A stretch of DNA of 64,000 bases from Candidatus Omnitrophota bacterium. GTDB lineage: Bacteria > Omnitrophota > Gorgyraeia > Pluralincolimonadales > Pluralincolimonadaceae. Of the stretch, positions 28,357 to 36,892 are shown in pieces. The notes below the pieces were generated by a model. The model was given only the letters and a program-made list of their open reading frames with translations, was not told the DNA's origin and did not search any database. The DNA lies in contig JBAZFB010000005.1 of the NCBI GenBank assembly GCA_041653595.1, forward strand, positions 32,075 to 96,074. The letters run 5' to 3'. Each line of letters starts with the position of its first letter. Position 1 is the first letter of the stretch. A program made the position numbers and the translations under genes.

Positions 28357-30147
28357 TTGAAATTCTTGTACTTGTTTTTGACGGCATTTTTAATCAGTTT
28401 CCTCCTTACGCCGCTGATAAAGTCAATAGCAGGCCGCGCGGGCGTTGTAGCCAGGCCAAAAGAGGACAGGTGGCACAAGAACGTTATTCCGCTCATGGGC
28501 GGAGCGGCCATTTACGCCGCATTTATAATAACCTATCTAATCTATTTAAAAGGCATGAAGGGGGGGCTTGGGCTTCTTATCGGAGGCACCTCCATATTTT
28601 TGCTCGGGGTAGCTGATGACCTCAAGGGATTGAGTCCGCAGTCCAAGCTCGTTGGACAGATAGTCTGCGCTTCCCTGACCGTCATATCGGGAGTCACGAT
28701 AAATATAATACCTTCGGCGTTGGCCATACCGTTGACTATCTTGTGGATCGTCGGTATAACCAATTCCTTCAATTTGCTGGATAATATGGATGGCTTGTCG
28801 TCAGGAGTTGCCGCGATCGCTTCGCTCACTGTCTTTGCCTGCGCCCTGGCGCTCAATAATCATGAAATGGCCATGTTCGCGCTTATACTGGGGGGTGCGT
28901 CCTTGGGCTTCTTGCCGCATAATTTTTATCCGGCCAAGATATTTATGGGAGATTGCGGCGCGATGTTCCTGGGTTTTGCCCTAGCCTCGATCACGGTCAT
29001 GGGGACATGGAAAGAAGCCTCACACCTATTTCTCGTCTTGCTTATACCCGTATTGGCGCTCGCGGTCCCGATCTTCGATACGATCTTCGTCACGGTGACC
29101 AGGACGATAGACGGGAGGTCGGTAGCAAAGGGAGGAAAAGACCACACCTCCCACAGGATGGTTTTTCTCGGTTGGCACGAAAGGAAAGCGGTCACGGTCC
29201 TGTATTTGATATCGCTCCTCTTCGGGCTTGCGGCCTACGCTTCTTTGTATATGAAGGCATATGTAAGCATTACGGTAGTGACGCTGCTCCTCATAGTAGT
29301 CTTCTCGCTAGGCGTGTTCCTCAATAAGATGACCCGCAGGGAAGAGGAGACGCCGGCCCTTGCATTGCCTCGCAGCGTCTCATATTACAAGAACCAGTCC
29401 GAGCTTATCGACGCCCTGATAAAATACAAGAGGGTCATTTTCGAAGTAGTATGCGACCTCTGCCTGATCTGCATCGCTTATTTTTCCAGTTATATAATCC
29501 GTTATGACGGCATAATAGATCCCTTTAATTTTAAACTGATAGCGAAATCGCTCCCGATAATGATAGTGGTAAACCTGCTTGCTTTCTCGATCACCGGTGT
29601 TTACGGGAATATCTGGAGATATATAGGGCTCAACGAGATATTGAATATAGTCAAAGGCGTCATATTAGGAACTGTGGTTTCGGCGGCCGCGCTTGTGGTA
29701 GCTTTCAGGTTCGAGGGCTTCTCAAGGATGATATTCCTGCTGGACGCGATGATCCTGCTTATTCTCATGTCAGCAGTGAGGATCGCCTTCAGGCTCTTCA
29801 AGGAGCAGATATTCGTTTCGCTGGACGCGAAAGGGAAGAAGATATTGATCTTCGGAGCGGGAGATACAGGAGACGCCTTCCTTCGCGAGGTGCGCAAGAA
29901 CAAGGCCTTTAACTACTGGCCGGTAGGATTCGTAGACGATGACCTGTCGAAGCAGGGCAGGAGGATCCAGGGGGTTTCGGTCTTAGGAGTAAGGTCCGAT
30001 ATTCCGCGGTTGGTTGAGGAACACTCGATAGATGAGGTGATCATCGCCATACCTTCAGCGGAAGATAAGACAAAAGAGGATATAGAGGCGATCTGCAGGG
30101 AGAGCGGAGCGCAGTACCATCAAGTAAGCGGGATATACCTGAGATGA
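28357..30147 (+). CDS. WecA/MraY-family polyprenyl-phosphate N-acetylhexosamine-1-phosphate transferase fused to a CapD/WbpM/PglF-type N-terminal membrane plus pseudo-Rossmann region
   Basis: N-terminal half has WecA/MraY-family (PF00953) motifs DDL and NLLDNMDGL. C-terminal half has 4 TM helices, then KILIFGAGDTGDAFLREV...YWPVGFVDDD...VSVLG, as at the start of CapD/WbpM. No SDR dehydratase domain follows. Confidence 0.7.
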   Translation: MKFLYLFLTAFLISFLLTPLIKSIAGRAGVVARPKEDRWHKNVIPLMGGAAIYAAFIITYLIYLKGMKGGLGLLIGGTSIFLLGVADDLKGLSPQSKLVGQIVCASLTVISGVTINIIPSALAIPLTILWIVGITNSFNLLDNMDGLSSGVAAIASLTVFACALALNNHEMAMFALILGGASLGFLPHNFYPAKIFMGDCGAMFLGFALASITVMGTWKEASHLFLVLLIPVLALAVPIFDTIFVTVTRTIDGRSVAKGGKDHTSHRMVFLGWHERKAVTVLYLISLLFGLAAYASLYMKAYVSITVVTLLLIVVFSLGVFLNKMTRREEETPALALPRSVSYYKNQSELIDALIKYKRVIFEVVCDLCLICIAYFSSYIIRYDGIIDPFNFKLIAKSLPIMIVVNLLAFSITGVYGNIWRYIGLNEILNIVKGVILGTVVSAAALVVAFRFEGFSRMIFLLDAMILLILMSAVRIAFRLFKEQIFVSLDAKGKKILIFGAGDTGDAFLREVRKNKAFNYWPVGFVDDDLSKQGRRIQGVSVLGVRSDIPRLVEEHSIDEVIIAIPSAEDKTKEDIEAICRESGAQYHQVSGIYLR

Positions 30148-31607
30148 GTGCCGACAGGCAAAGACTCTATACGGCCTGCGACAAGGTCATCGAGTATATG
30201 CTTTATACCCTCGTCTTCTTCATTCCCACCTCTAAGAGCGTGGTCGAGGTCTTTGCCACATTGTCGGTAATGATCTGGCTTTATAAAAACGGCCTCAAAG
30301 CATGGGAATGGACGCTCGAGAAGATAAAATCATTTGTTCCCCCCGCATCGACTTACGATGTATTAAAGATCCTCGTTCCTGTGGGTATCCTGGCGGTACT
30401 CCTCGTCTATTCATCGATCATGATCTCCCTGGCGGTCATCTCTCACCATTTTGATATTGAAGGAGACCTGTTCGTGACAGGGGTGTTCCTCCCAATAACC
30501 CTATTTGCCATATTCCTGAATATACTTTTTTTTATAATAGCCCTGGCGGTCGCAAGGTCAAATCATGGGTTTAGCCTTAAGGCATCAACCTTATCCTTTA
30601 TGGCCGTAAGCCTGATAACCTCTGCCTTCACAAGCCAGCGGTTGGGGATGAGCGCCGAGGCGTTCCTCTTCAAGACCATGGAATATCTTCTGATATTCCT
30701 GATAATGGCGGATGTAATTAACACGCCGAGGCGGGTCTTTAATCTTGTCTCTTCTTTTTTGATCGCCGCCTTTTTTTCCGGAATAGACGGCATATACCAG
30801 AGATTGACCGGCTATGACCTTTTCCGGAAGTTCCCCATGTTCGCTGACATGAAAATAACCGCGGCGTTCAAAGCCCCGAACGATTTCGGCACTTATGTAG
30901 CGACAATGTTGCCTTTGCCGCTTGCGCTCATTGCCTTTAGCGTGATGAATTGGAAGAAGAAGTTCGGGCTTTTAGTGATATCCCTGGTCCTTGCGGCCTG
31001 TTTGCTGCTTACTTTCGCGAGAGGGGCATGGATGGGATTCGTTGTCGGGTTTTTATTTCTTCTTATCTTTATCGGCTGGAAACGTCTCGTTGCCGCGCTC
31101 GTAATAGTAGCTTTACTGGTCTCATTAACTGCGTTGATCGCGCCTCCGGATATCAAGGCCCAGTTGGGCTCCTTATCTAAATTAGGGAGCGACCTCTCTT
31201 CGATGGACAGATTTTTGATATGGAAGACGGGCTGGAAGATGTTTTTAGACAGGCCTTTATTCGGCCATGGGTTAAATACGTTCATGAGCGTATTCGAGAA
31301 ATATAAACCCGCTAGTTACGAATGGATCGTTTATGCCCATAATTGTTTCCTCCAGATAGCCGCCGAGACAGGGATAATAGGCCTCCTGGTCTTTTTGTGG
31401 TTCTGCGTGAGTGTTTCAATCCGGGGGATCTCAAAATTTACCGGTACTTCCGATAAATTTTTGAAAGCCGCCGCAATAGGCGCGGTTGCATGTATAATAA
31501 CCACCCTCGTTAATAGTTTCTTCGACACCAACCTCTATTCCCTCCCGCTGGCGGTCCTTTTTTGGTCGATGTGCGGACTCGCGGTTGCAAGGGTTCGGCC
31601 TGAGTAG
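30144..31607 (+). CDS. O-antigen ligase / Wzy_C-domain membrane protein
   Basis: Polytopic protein with FARGAWMGFVVG and HNCFLQIAAETGIIGLLVFLWF, the Wzy_C/WaaL signature. ATGA overlap upstream. Confidence 0.75.
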   Translation: MSADRQRLYTACDKVIEYMLYTLVFFIPTSKSVVEVFATLSVMIWLYKNGLKAWEWTLEKIKSFVPPASTYDVLKILVPVGILAVLLVYSSIMISLAVISHHFDIEGDLFVTGVFLPITLFAIFLNILFFIIALAVARSNHGFSLKASTLSFMAVSLITSAFTSQRLGMSAEAFLFKTMEYLLIFLIMADVINTPRRVFNLVSSFLIAAFFSGIDGIYQRLTGYDLFRKFPMFADMKITAAFKAPNDFGTYVATMLPLPLALIAFSVMNWKKKFGLLVISLVLAACLLLTFARGAWMGFVVGFLFLLIFIGWKRLVAALVIVALLVSLTALIAPPDIKAQLGSLSKLGSDLSSMDRFLIWKTGWKMFLDRPLFGHGLNTFMSVFEKYKPASYEWIVYAHNCFLQIAAETGIIGLLVFLWFCVSVSIRGISKFTGTSDKFLKAAAIGAVACIITTLVNSFFDTNLYSLPLAVLFWSMCGLAVARVRPE

Positions 31608-31614
31608 GTCCAAT

Positions 31615-32625
31615 TTGTTAAAGCCCCGCAGGATCCTTCTTGTCAGGACGGACAGAATAGGAGAGTTACTGCTTACTACCCCGGCGTTCGGCTCGGTACG
31701 CGAGAGTTTCCCCGGAGCCAAAATTACGCTCCTGGTAAAGCCTTCTTCTTCGCCTGTGGTCGAGGGGAATCCCTGCGTCGATTCCATCGTCAAACTCGAT
31801 CCCGTTCCCGATCTCGATTCGTTCGCAAAGCGCTTGGGATTTATCCGCTTCCTGAGGGTGTCGGGGTTCGATATGGTCGTCATCTTCAATCCGAGCAAGT
31901 TTTTTAATGTCGCCGCCTTTCTCGCAGGGATACCCGTGAGGGTAGGTTACGACAGGAAACTCGGGTTCCTGCTTACGCGTGCGATAGAAGATAAAAAATA
32001 CCTTTGCGGGAAACACGAGGTCGAATATAACCTTGACCTTGCGAAGGCCGCAGGCGCCGGGATCTTAAGTAAAAAACTCTGTTTCCCTTTGGCAGATACG
32101 GACGAACGCGCCGCGGCGGAAATATTAGCGCGGAACGGCATCGCCGGAGGCGGTTTCGCAGCCGTCCATCCGGGCACAAGCAACCCGGAAAAATTATGGC
32201 CGGCCGAAAGATTCGCCCAAGTCTGCGATAAGATGATCGACGCGTTCGGGATAAAAGCCGTTTTGGTCGGCGGAGAAGATGAGCGCAGCGCCGCCGCCGG
32301 AGTAAAGGCGAAGATGCGCAATGAAGTCACCGACCTTACCGGAAAGCTGTCGCTCAAGGAATCCGGCGCCCTTATAAAAAGCTCGGCTCTCCTGATATCG
32401 TGCGATTCGGGGCCGGTGCATATTGCCTCTGCGGTGGGCACTCCGGTGATCGCCCTTTTTGGAGAGGCGCGCCCGGGCGGATCATCAAAAAGGTGGGGGC
32501 CTTACGGCCAGGGGCAAAGTCCCGCCGCAGCGGGGCATATAGTCGTCGGGAGACCGAAGGTCACGGATATCACGGTTGACGACGTATTTGAAGCGGTGAG
32601 CGGGAAATTATGCAAAAAGCCCTAA
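31615..32625 (+). CDS. Glycosyltransferase family 9 (ADP-heptose:LPS heptosyltransferase-like)
   Basis: RILLVRTDRIGELLLTTP N-terminus and a C-terminal DSGPVHIASAVGTPVIALFG block. TTG start at 31615 is assumed, with an alternative TTG at 31585. Confidence 0.75.
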   Translation: MLKPRRILLVRTDRIGELLLTTPAFGSVRESFPGAKITLLVKPSSSPVVEGNPCVDSIVKLDPVPDLDSFAKRLGFIRFLRVSGFDMVVIFNPSKFFNVAAFLAGIPVRVGYDRKLGFLLTRAIEDKKYLCGKHEVEYNLDLAKAAGAGILSKKLCFPLADTDERAAAEILARNGIAGGGFAAVHPGTSNPEKLWPAERFAQVCDKMIDAFGIKAVLVGGEDERSAAAGVKAKMRNEVTDLTGKLSLKESGALIKSSALLISCDSGPVHIASAVGTPVIALFGEARPGGSSKRWGPYGQGQSPAAAGHIVVGRPKVTDITVDDVFEAVSGKLCKKP

Positions 32626-33695
32626 AAAATATACTTATCATCAATCCTTTCGGCATAGGAGACGTGCTTTTTACGACGCCTCTCATTGAGGCGCTAAGCG
32701 CGCGGACCGAAGGCTCCGGAATAGGTTTCCTTTGTAACCGCCGCACAGAACCCTTGCTAAGGGCTAACCCGAAGATAAAATGGGTTTTCGTCTACGAAAA
32801 AGACGAGCTGAGGGCGCTCTGGAAGGGATCGAAGGCCGGATATTACAAAAGATTCATTGCCTTGGCGAAAGATATCAGGGAGAAAAAATTTGATGCGGCC
32901 ATAGACCTTTCGCTGAGCAGGGAATATTGGTTCCTGTGTTTCCTAGCGGGTATAAAGGAAAGGATAGGGTTTAATTATAAAGGCAGGGGCAGTTACCTGA
33001 CCAGGAAGATAACTATAGACGGTTATCACGATAAGCATGTAATAGAATATTATTTGGGGCTTTTGCGGTTTATGGGGGTTGAGCCGGCGCAAAAAGGGAT
33101 AAGCCTGTACCTTTCGCAGGAAGATAAAGAGTGGGCTCGCGGTTTCCTCAAAACAAACGGGATTAAAGAGGGTGAGTTGGTCATCGGTATCGCACCGGCA
33201 GGAGGCGCGAGCTGGGGCAGGGAAGCCGCGATAAAGCATTGGCGAAGCGATGGCTTTGCCGGAGTCGCCGACCGCCTTATAGAAGAACGGGGCGCGAAGG
33301 TGATCATAATGGGTAGCGAGGCCGAGGCCGGAATATGCGAAAAGACGGCGAAGGCTATGAGGAATCCGGCTGTGATGGCTTGCGGCAAGACCACGCTTCT
33401 GCATTCCGCGGCGCTTATGTCCCTGTGCGGGCTTGTCATCGCCAATGACGGAGGGCCTTTGCATCTTGCCGTTGCTGCCGGGACGAAGACCGTGGGGATA
33501 TTCGGGCCGGTCGATGAGAAGGTGTATGGGCAGTATCCGCCCTCAGGGAGGCATAAAGTCGTCAAAGATGATATCGCGTGCCGCCCATGTTACAGGGATT
33601 TCAGGATGAAAGAGTGCGCCGAGAGGAAGTGCGTCTCGGAGATAAGTGCCGAAGCCGTTTTTAAGGCGGCAACGGAGGCATTGGCGGCCAAATGA
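32610..33695 (+). CDS. Glycosyltransferase family 9 (heptosyltransferase-like), second paralog
   Basis: ILIINPFGIGDVLFTTP and a NDGGPLHLAVAAGTKTVGIFGP block. Confidence 0.8.
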   Translation: MQKALKNILIINPFGIGDVLFTTPLIEALSARTEGSGIGFLCNRRTEPLLRANPKIKWVFVYEKDELRALWKGSKAGYYKRFIALAKDIREKKFDAAIDLSLSREYWFLCFLAGIKERIGFNYKGRGSYLTRKITIDGYHDKHVIEYYLGLLRFMGVEPAQKGISLYLSQEDKEWARGFLKTNGIKEGELVIGIAPAGGASWGREAAIKHWRSDGFAGVADRLIEERGAKVIIMGSEAEAGICEKTAKAMRNPAVMACGKTTLLHSAALMSLCGLVIANDGGPLHLAVAAGTKTVGIFGPVDEKVYGQYPPSGRHKVVKDDIACRPCYRDFRMKECAERKCVSEISAEAVFKAATEALAAK

Positions 33696-34528
33696 AACTC
33701 GCGCTGATCTTTAATAAGGAGAGGGAAGACACGATAGGGCGTTATTTTGAGCGTGCCGCGGCGAAAATGGGCATAGAGTTCGACCATTTCTGGACGAGCA
33801 ATAACAATATTCCGGCCGGATATGACCTTTACCTGCGCATCGACCATGGCGACTATAAATATGACATACCGGGCCACCTCAAGCCTTCCGCCTTTTACGC
33901 GATAGACACCCATCTCGAAAAGCCGTACAGGAAGATAAAAGAACAGGCCGGGCATTACGGTTTTGTTTTTTGCGCCCAAAAGCCCGGGGTGAAAAAACTT
34001 AAAAGAGATGCCGGTATCGCCGCCGAGTGGGTCCACATCGCCTGCGATCCGGAGATACATAAAGACCTGAAGATCGACCGCAACCTCGACATCGCTTTTG
34101 TCGGGACGGAAGGCAAGAAGAATTTAAGGGGAGAACTCCTTAAGCTCCTCGCGCGGGGATACCCGGACAGTTATATCGGCAGGGCGGATTCGCGCTTTAT
34201 GTCTAACATCTACAGCGGCGCGAAGATAGGGTTCAATTATTCGATAAACGGCGATATAAACATGAGGATGTTCGAAGTGCTTTCGTGCGGAGCGCTGCTT
34301 ATTACGAACAGGTTGAGGGATGACAGCGGCTTTAACGAGCTATTCGCGGACGGAAAGAACCTCGTGACATACGGCAGCGCCGGGGAATTATTGAGGAAGA
34401 CGGAATATTATCTTTCCCATGACGAAGAGAGGGTAAATATCGCCGGGGAGGGCCGTGCGCTTGCGGTCAGCCGGTATACCTATGAAGCCAGCCTGAAGAA
34501 AATGCTGGAGGTGTGCGGATGGAAATAA
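33692..34528 (+). CDS. CgeB-family / DUF3880-like glycosyltransferase-domain protein
   Basis: NMRMFEVLSCGALLITN...LVTYGSAGELLRKTEYYLSHDEER resembles CgeB-type Glyco_trans_1_2 proteins. Confidence 0.55.
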   Translation: MKLALIFNKEREDTIGRYFERAAAKMGIEFDHFWTSNNNIPAGYDLYLRIDHGDYKYDIPGHLKPSAFYAIDTHLEKPYRKIKEQAGHYGFVFCAQKPGVKKLKRDAGIAAEWVHIACDPEIHKDLKIDRNLDIAFVGTEGKKNLRGELLKLLARGYPDSYIGRADSRFMSNIYSGAKIGFNYSINGDINMRMFEVLSCGALLITNRLRDDSGFNELFADGKNLVTYGSAGELLRKTEYYLSHDEERVNIAGEGRALAVSRYTYEASLKKMLEVCGWK

Positions 34529-35547
34529 GGTGCGACCTTGTCCTTTTAAGCTGGAACAACCTCGCTATCCTGAAACGGTGCGTGGAATCGTTGATGCGCT
34601 GCACCGGCGTCGCTTCGCGCCTGATAATTGTCGACAACGGGTCGACAGAAAAAGGGATCCGCGAGTTCCTGTCGGAGATCAAGGACGGGCCGAACATCCG
34701 CGTAGAGGTGATCTTCAACCGCCTCAACGAAGGTTTTCCGCTTGGCATGAACAAGGGAATGGAGAGATCCCGCGCCCCGTACGTTTGCCTGCTTAACAAT
34801 GATATAATCGCGACTGAAGGCTGGCTGGAGGAGATGATAAGGGTGGCCGGGAGCGACCCGTCGGTAGGCATCGTCAACCCTTCTTCCAATAACTTCGGGC
34901 TGCGTTTCGGAGAAGACACCACGCTGGAGGAATTTTCGAGGGGATTCGTGAAACACTCCGGCGAATGGATCGAGATGAACGCCTCTGTCGGCTTCTGCAT
35001 GCTCATTAAGCGGGAAGTGATAGAAAAGATCGGATTTCTCGACGACAAATTCGGTTACGCCTATTTCGAGGATACGGATTACAGCCGCAGGGCACAGGCC
35101 GCGGGGTTTAAATGCGCGATGGCGAACGGATGCTACGTGTACCACGAGGAGGGCAAGTCCGGGAAATTTCTCAAGGACAAGGATGATACGTTCGACAGGA
35201 GCGCGCGGATATTCGAGAAGAGATGGGGCAGGATACTTCGCGTCGCCTTTATCGTGACGGAGAAAGAAGCCGTTTCCATGGAAAAGGCCGCGCAGGAGAT
35301 AAGAGAGGAACTGGTTGGGCATAACAGGGTTTGGCTCTTCGTGGAAAAAGGCGTCGACCTCAGCTCCCTCCCAAAACATCTTGACCTTATGAACGATTCC
35401 CCTAAAAACTTCTTTAAGTTGAGATCATTTTGGAATATCATTATAAGGAAAAAGAGGTTCGACAGGATATATACCGGGGATCCCGTGCTGCGCGGCGCGC
35501 TTGCGGGTTACCGGTTCTTCCGCGGCGCGGAGATAAGGGAAATTTAA
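34519..35547 (+). CDS. Glycosyltransferase family 2
   Basis: DLVLLSWNN...LIIVDNGSTE...LLNNDII...YFEDTDY (GT2 DXD motifs). Confidence 0.8.
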   Translation: MEIRCDLVLLSWNNLAILKRCVESLMRCTGVASRLIIVDNGSTEKGIREFLSEIKDGPNIRVEVIFNRLNEGFPLGMNKGMERSRAPYVCLLNNDIIATEGWLEEMIRVAGSDPSVGIVNPSSNNFGLRFGEDTTLEEFSRGFVKHSGEWIEMNASVGFCMLIKREVIEKIGFLDDKFGYAYFEDTDYSRRAQAAGFKCAMANGCYVYHEEGKSGKFLKDKDDTFDRSARIFEKRWGRILRVAFIVTEKEAVSMEKAAQEIREELVGHNRVWLFVEKGVDLSSLPKHLDLMNDSPKNFFKLRSFWNIIIRKKRFDRIYTGDPVLRGALAGYRFFRGAEIREI

Positions 35548-35550
35548 ACT

Positions 35551-36333
35551 ATGGAGCAGAAGATACCGGTTTCGGTGGTTGTAATAGTAAAGAATGAGGA
35601 GAAGAGGATCGCATCCTGCCTCGAGAGCGTTGCATGGGCCGACGATATCGTGATCGTGGACGATATGAGCACGGACAGGACAGTCGAGATCGCGCGCCGC
35701 TACACAGACAGGATATTTGAGAGGAAGATGGACATAGAAGGCGTCCACAGGAATTATGCCTACTCCCAGGCGAAGAACGGATGGGTCTTCAGCCTGGATG
35801 CCGACGAGATCATAAGCCCGGAATTGAAAGAAGAGATCGTCCGCGTGATCAAAGAGGACGCGGATAACAAGCTTAATGAGTATGTTGTTTTTGCCGTGCC
35901 GATGCGCAATTATATCGGCGATCACTGGGTAAAATGGGGCGGCTGGTATCCGGCGCATAAGGACAGGTTCTTCAGGAAGGGAAGGTTTAAATACGAAGAG
36001 GCGGCCGTGCACCCGCGCGTCTTCTACGACGGAAAGTGCGGCCGGCTCAACGGCGATATAATCCATTATTCCTACGAGAATTTCGCGGAACTTATCGATT
36101 CGCTGAACGGCCAGACTTCAAAAGAAGCGGAGAAGTGGTTTTCTACGGGGAAGAAGATGCCTCTGCAGACGGCTTTGTGGCGCACCCTGGACAGGTTCTT
36201 CAGGAGTTATGTCGGCAACAAAGGGTATCGCGACGGCGTCATCGGCCTCATGGTGGCGGTGAACGGCGGTCTTTACCAGTTGTTAAGTTACGCCAAATAC
36301 AGGGAGCTGGGTCGTGGCCAAAAAGCAAAATAA
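35551..36333 (+). CDS. Glycosyltransferase family 2, LPS-core KdtX/WaaE-like
   Basis: VSVVVIVKNEEKRIASCLESVAWADDIVIVDDMSTDRT...FSLDADE matches the KdtX/WaaE-type GT2 pattern. Confidence 0.7.
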   Translation: MEQKIPVSVVVIVKNEEKRIASCLESVAWADDIVIVDDMSTDRTVEIARRYTDRIFERKMDIEGVHRNYAYSQAKNGWVFSLDADEIISPELKEEIVRVIKEDADNKLNEYVVFAVPMRNYIGDHWVKWGGWYPAHKDRFFRKGRFKYEEAAVHPRVFYDGKCGRLNGDIIHYSYENFAELIDSLNGQTSKEAEKWFSTGKKMPLQTALWRTLDRFFRSYVGNKGYRDGVIGLMVAVNGGLYQLLSYAKYRELGRGQKAK

Positions 36334-36892
36334 AGTAATATTCCTCGACAGGGACGGGGTCATAAACAAGGACCCTGAACATCTGAAATTCCAATATGTG
36401 ACCAAGTGGAAGGATTTCAAGTTCCTGCCGGGAGCGAAACGCGCCATAAAGATGCTTACGGACGCCGGGTATTCGGTATATATAATCTCCAACCAGGCAG
36501 GGATCGCAAAAAAGTATTTCTCGATGCGGGACCTTAAACGTATAACTGTTAACATGGCGAGGGAAGCGGAAAAGGCCGGCGGGAAGATAACGGGGGCCTA
36601 TTACTGCCCGCACCGGACCGAGGATAACTGCGGCTGCCGGAAACCCAAGGCGGGCCTTTTCAAAAAGGCGCTGAAGAGGGGCCCGATCGATTTCAAGAAG
36701 ACTTTTTTTGTAGGCGACAATATCAGGGATGTCCAGGCCGGGAAGGCGATAGGATGCAGGACCCTTTTGGTGTTGTCCGGTAAGGTAAGGTCGAGGAAGG
36801 ATGACGGCTGGGCGGCAAAACCGGACTTCATTAGACAGGATCTTTTGGAAGCCGTGGAATTCATATTAAAGAATGATAGGAGAAATATATGA
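36314..36892 (+). CDS. gmhB: D-glycero-D-manno-heptose 1,7-bisphosphate phosphatase
   Basis: HAD DRDGVIN motif plus a Zn-binding CPH...CGCRKP insertion characteristic of GmhB/HisB-N phosphatases. GTG start. Confidence 0.8.
   Translation: MAKKQNKVIFLDRDGVINKDPEHLKFQYVTKWKDFKFLPGAKRAIKMLTDAGYSVYIISNQAGIAKKYFSMRDLKRITVNMAREAEKAGGKITGAYYCPHRTEDNCGCRKPKAGLFKKALKRGPIDFKKTFFVGDNIRDVQAGKAIGCRTLLVLSGKVRSRKDDGWAAKPDFIRQDLLEAVEFILKNDRRNI

Noticed and set aside
34546-35379. 277-aa minus-strand ORF antisense to the GT2 at 34519-35547
   Set aside because: It is fully contained opposite a well-supported GT2 gene and is Arg/Pro-rich as expected for a GC-rich antisense frame. No motifs.
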